From the NCBI GenBank assembly GCA_038316135.1, contig JBBQAL010000001.1, positions 1,308 through 65,307 of the forward strand: DNA of 64,000 bases, in the 5' to 3' direction. The translations under genes were made by a program, and so were the position numbers. The notes below the pieces were generated by a model. It was given only the letters and a program-made list of their open reading frames with translations, was not told the origin of the DNA and did not search any database. This document shows, piece after piece, positions 62,419-64,000 of this stretch (the stretch's first letter is position 1; each line of letters begins with the position of its first letter). The DNA comes from Candidatus Nanopelagicales bacterium. GTDB taxonomy: Bacteria > Actinomycetota > Actinomycetes > JAHEKZ01.

Positions 62419-64000
62419 GTGCTCGACGTCAACTACTTCGACGAACTGCGAATCGGTCTTGCTACTGCTGACGACATCCGTCAGTGGTCGCACGGTGAGG
62501 TTAAGAAGCCGGAGACCATCAACTACCGCACCCTGAAGCCGGAGAAGGACGGCCTCTTCTGCGAGAAGATCTTCGGACCCACTCGCGACTGGGAGTGCTA
62601 CTGCGGCAAGTACAAGCGGGTGCGCTTCAAGGGCATCATTTGTGAGCGCTGTGGCGTCGAGGTCACCCGCGCCAAGGTTCGCCGTGAGCGGATGGGCCAC
62701 ATCGAGTTGGCGGCTCCCGTCACGCACATCTGGTACTTCAAGGGTGTTCCGAGCCGGTTGGGCTATCTGCTCGACCTCGCCCCGAAGGACCTCGAGAAGG
62801 TCATCTACTTCGCGGCCTACATGATCACCTGGGTCGACGAGGACTCCCGGCACCGCGATCTGCCGTCGCTGGAAACTAAGATCGGCCTCGAGCGCGAGAA
62901 GCTCGAGAAGAAGCGGGACGCCGACGTCGAGGGGCGCCAGAAGAAGCTCGAGACCGATCTGGCAGCTCTTGAGGCTGAGGGTGCCAAGGCCGACCAGCGC
63001 CGCAAGGTCCGCGAGTCAGCCGAGCGCGAGATGAACCAGATTCGCAAGCGCGCCGACCTGCAGATCGATCGCATCACAGCCGTCTGGGACCGCTTCAAGG
63101 GTCTGAAAGTCCAGGACCTCGAAGGCGACGAGATGCTCTACCGCGAGATGCGGGACCGCTTTGGCATCTACTTCAAGGGCGGAATGGGAGCTGCGGCGAT
63201 CAAGGCTCGCCTTGAGTCCTTCGACCTCGAGGCTGAGGCCGCCCGCCTGCGCGAAATCATCGCCACCGGCAAGGGCCAGAAGAAGACCCGCGCGCTCAAG
63301 CGCCTCCGGGTTGTCTCGGCGTTCTTGTCGACCCGCAACAGCCCCATGGGAATGGTGCTCGACGCCGTGCCGGTCATCCCGCCGGACCTGCGCCCCATGG
63401 TGCAGCTCGACGGCGGTCGGTTCGCCACGTCCGACCTCAACGACCTCTACCGTCGGGTGATCAACCGGAACAACCGGTTGAAGCGCCTTCTCGACCTCGG
63501 TGCTCCCGAGATCATTGTGAACAACGAGAAGCGCATGCTCCAGGAAGCCGTTGACGCGCTGTTCGACAACGGACGTCGTGGGCGTCCCGTCACCGGACCG
63601 GGCAACCGTGCGCTCAAGTCGCTGTCGGACATGCTCAAGGGCAAGCAAGGGCGTTTCCGTCAGAACCTGCTCGGTAAGCGCGTCGACTACTCGGGCCGTT
63701 CGGTCATTGTGGTCGGCCCGCAGCTGAAGCTGCACCAGTGCGGCCTGCCCAAGCAGATGGCACTCGAGCTCTTCAAGCCGTTCGTCATGAAGCGTCTGGT
63801 CGACCTTTCGCACGCGCAGAACATCAAGAGCGCCAAGCGAATGGTCGAGCGCCAGCGCCCCGTGGTGTGGGATGTCCTCGAAGAGGTCATCGCCGAGCAC
63901 CCAGTGCTGCTGAACCGTGCCCCAACGCTTCACCGGCTCGGTATTCAGGCCTTCGAGCCACAGTTGGTTGAGGGCAAGGCCATCCAGATCCACCCGCTGG
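62419..64000 (+). CDS. rpoC: DNA-directed RNA polymerase subunit beta' (5' part; continues past the window)
   Basis: Absent from the track because it is open at the window edge. From GTG 62419 after AAGAAGGA: [38 protein letters not shown]...[23 protein letters not shown] (zinc motif)...[16 protein letters not shown]. Confidence 0.95.
   Translation, partial: MLDVNYFDELRIGLATADDIRQWSHGEVKKPETINYRTLKPEKDGLFCEKIFGPTRDWECYCGKYKRVRFKGIICERCGVEVTRAKVRRERMGHIELAAPVTHIWYFKGVPSRLGYLLDLAPKDLEKVIYFAAYMITWVDEDSRHRDLPSLETKIGLEREKLEKKRDADVEGRQKKLETDLAALEAEGAKADQRRKVRESAEREMNQIRKRADLQIDRITAVWDRFKGLKVQDLEGDEMLYREMRDRFGIYFKGGMGAAAIKARLESFDLEAEAARLREIIATGKGQKKTRALKRLRVVSAFLSTRNSPMGMVLDAVPVIPPDLRPMVQLDGGRFATSDLNDLYRRVINRNNRLKRLLDLGAPEIIVNNEKRMLQEAVDALFDNGRRGRPVTGPGNRALKSLSDMLKGKQGRFRQNLLGKRVDYSGRSVIVVGPQLKLHQCGLPKQMALELFKPFVMKRLVDLSHAQNIKSAKRMVERQRPVVWDVLEEVIAEHPVLLNRAPTLHRLGIQAFEPQLVEGKAIQIHPL

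Noticed and set aside
63016-63993. 325-aa minus-strand ORF
   Set aside because: Antisense to rpoC, whose plus-strand translation is stop-free to the window end and has canonical beta-prime motifs.

Overview
High-GC (~70%) actinobacterial chromosomal core region; gene order resembles what I recall from Streptomyces and Mycobacterium, and I cannot place it more precisely. From left to right the window contains the following. (1) A minus-strand choline-to-glycine-betaine operon: betB, betA, a ProV-type ATPase and a fused double permease that is cut by the window edge. (2) Menaquinone genes (menF, menG/ubiE, a MenJ-like reductase, a polyprenyl-PP synthase) that bracket a complete 14-gene nuoA-N operon at 11.5-27.0 kb. 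A Tat-signal flavin amine oxidase whose domain order looks circularly permuted sits among them. (3) rarD, then korB-korA (2-oxoacid:ferredoxin oxidoreductase), placed divergently against a second, truncated nuo-like operon (A2-B2-C2-H2-I2-J2-K2-L2-M2-N2, with no D/E/F/G). (4) htpX, a CrtI-like flavoprotein and yajQ. (5) A tRNA-Tyr / tRNA-Thr / tRNA-Met cluster with an unannotated 105-aa ORF carrying 22 consecutive Ser-x-x triplets. After it come rpmG, a FabG-like SDR, two MaoC/Had-like dehydratases, murB and add. (6) An accessory-looking insert: an SQR-like flavoprotein, DUF1641, TusE and a DsrE-like protein, with a CsoR/CstR-type palindrome upstream, followed by a DUF559/AbiEi-like gene flanked by 42-nt hairpin repeats. 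(7) aspC, tRNA-Trp, secE, nusG, rplK, rplA, rplJ, rplL, rpoB and the 5' part of rpoC. I saw no CRISPR array, rRNA, transposase or integrase. Many long ORFs in the six-frame track are antisense shadow frames typical of high-GC DNA and are not reported as genes. Several starts were re-placed by me using 4-nt stop/start overlaps or Shine-Dalgarno (SD) motifs. All functional calls rest on motif and family recognition by eye, not on database searches.
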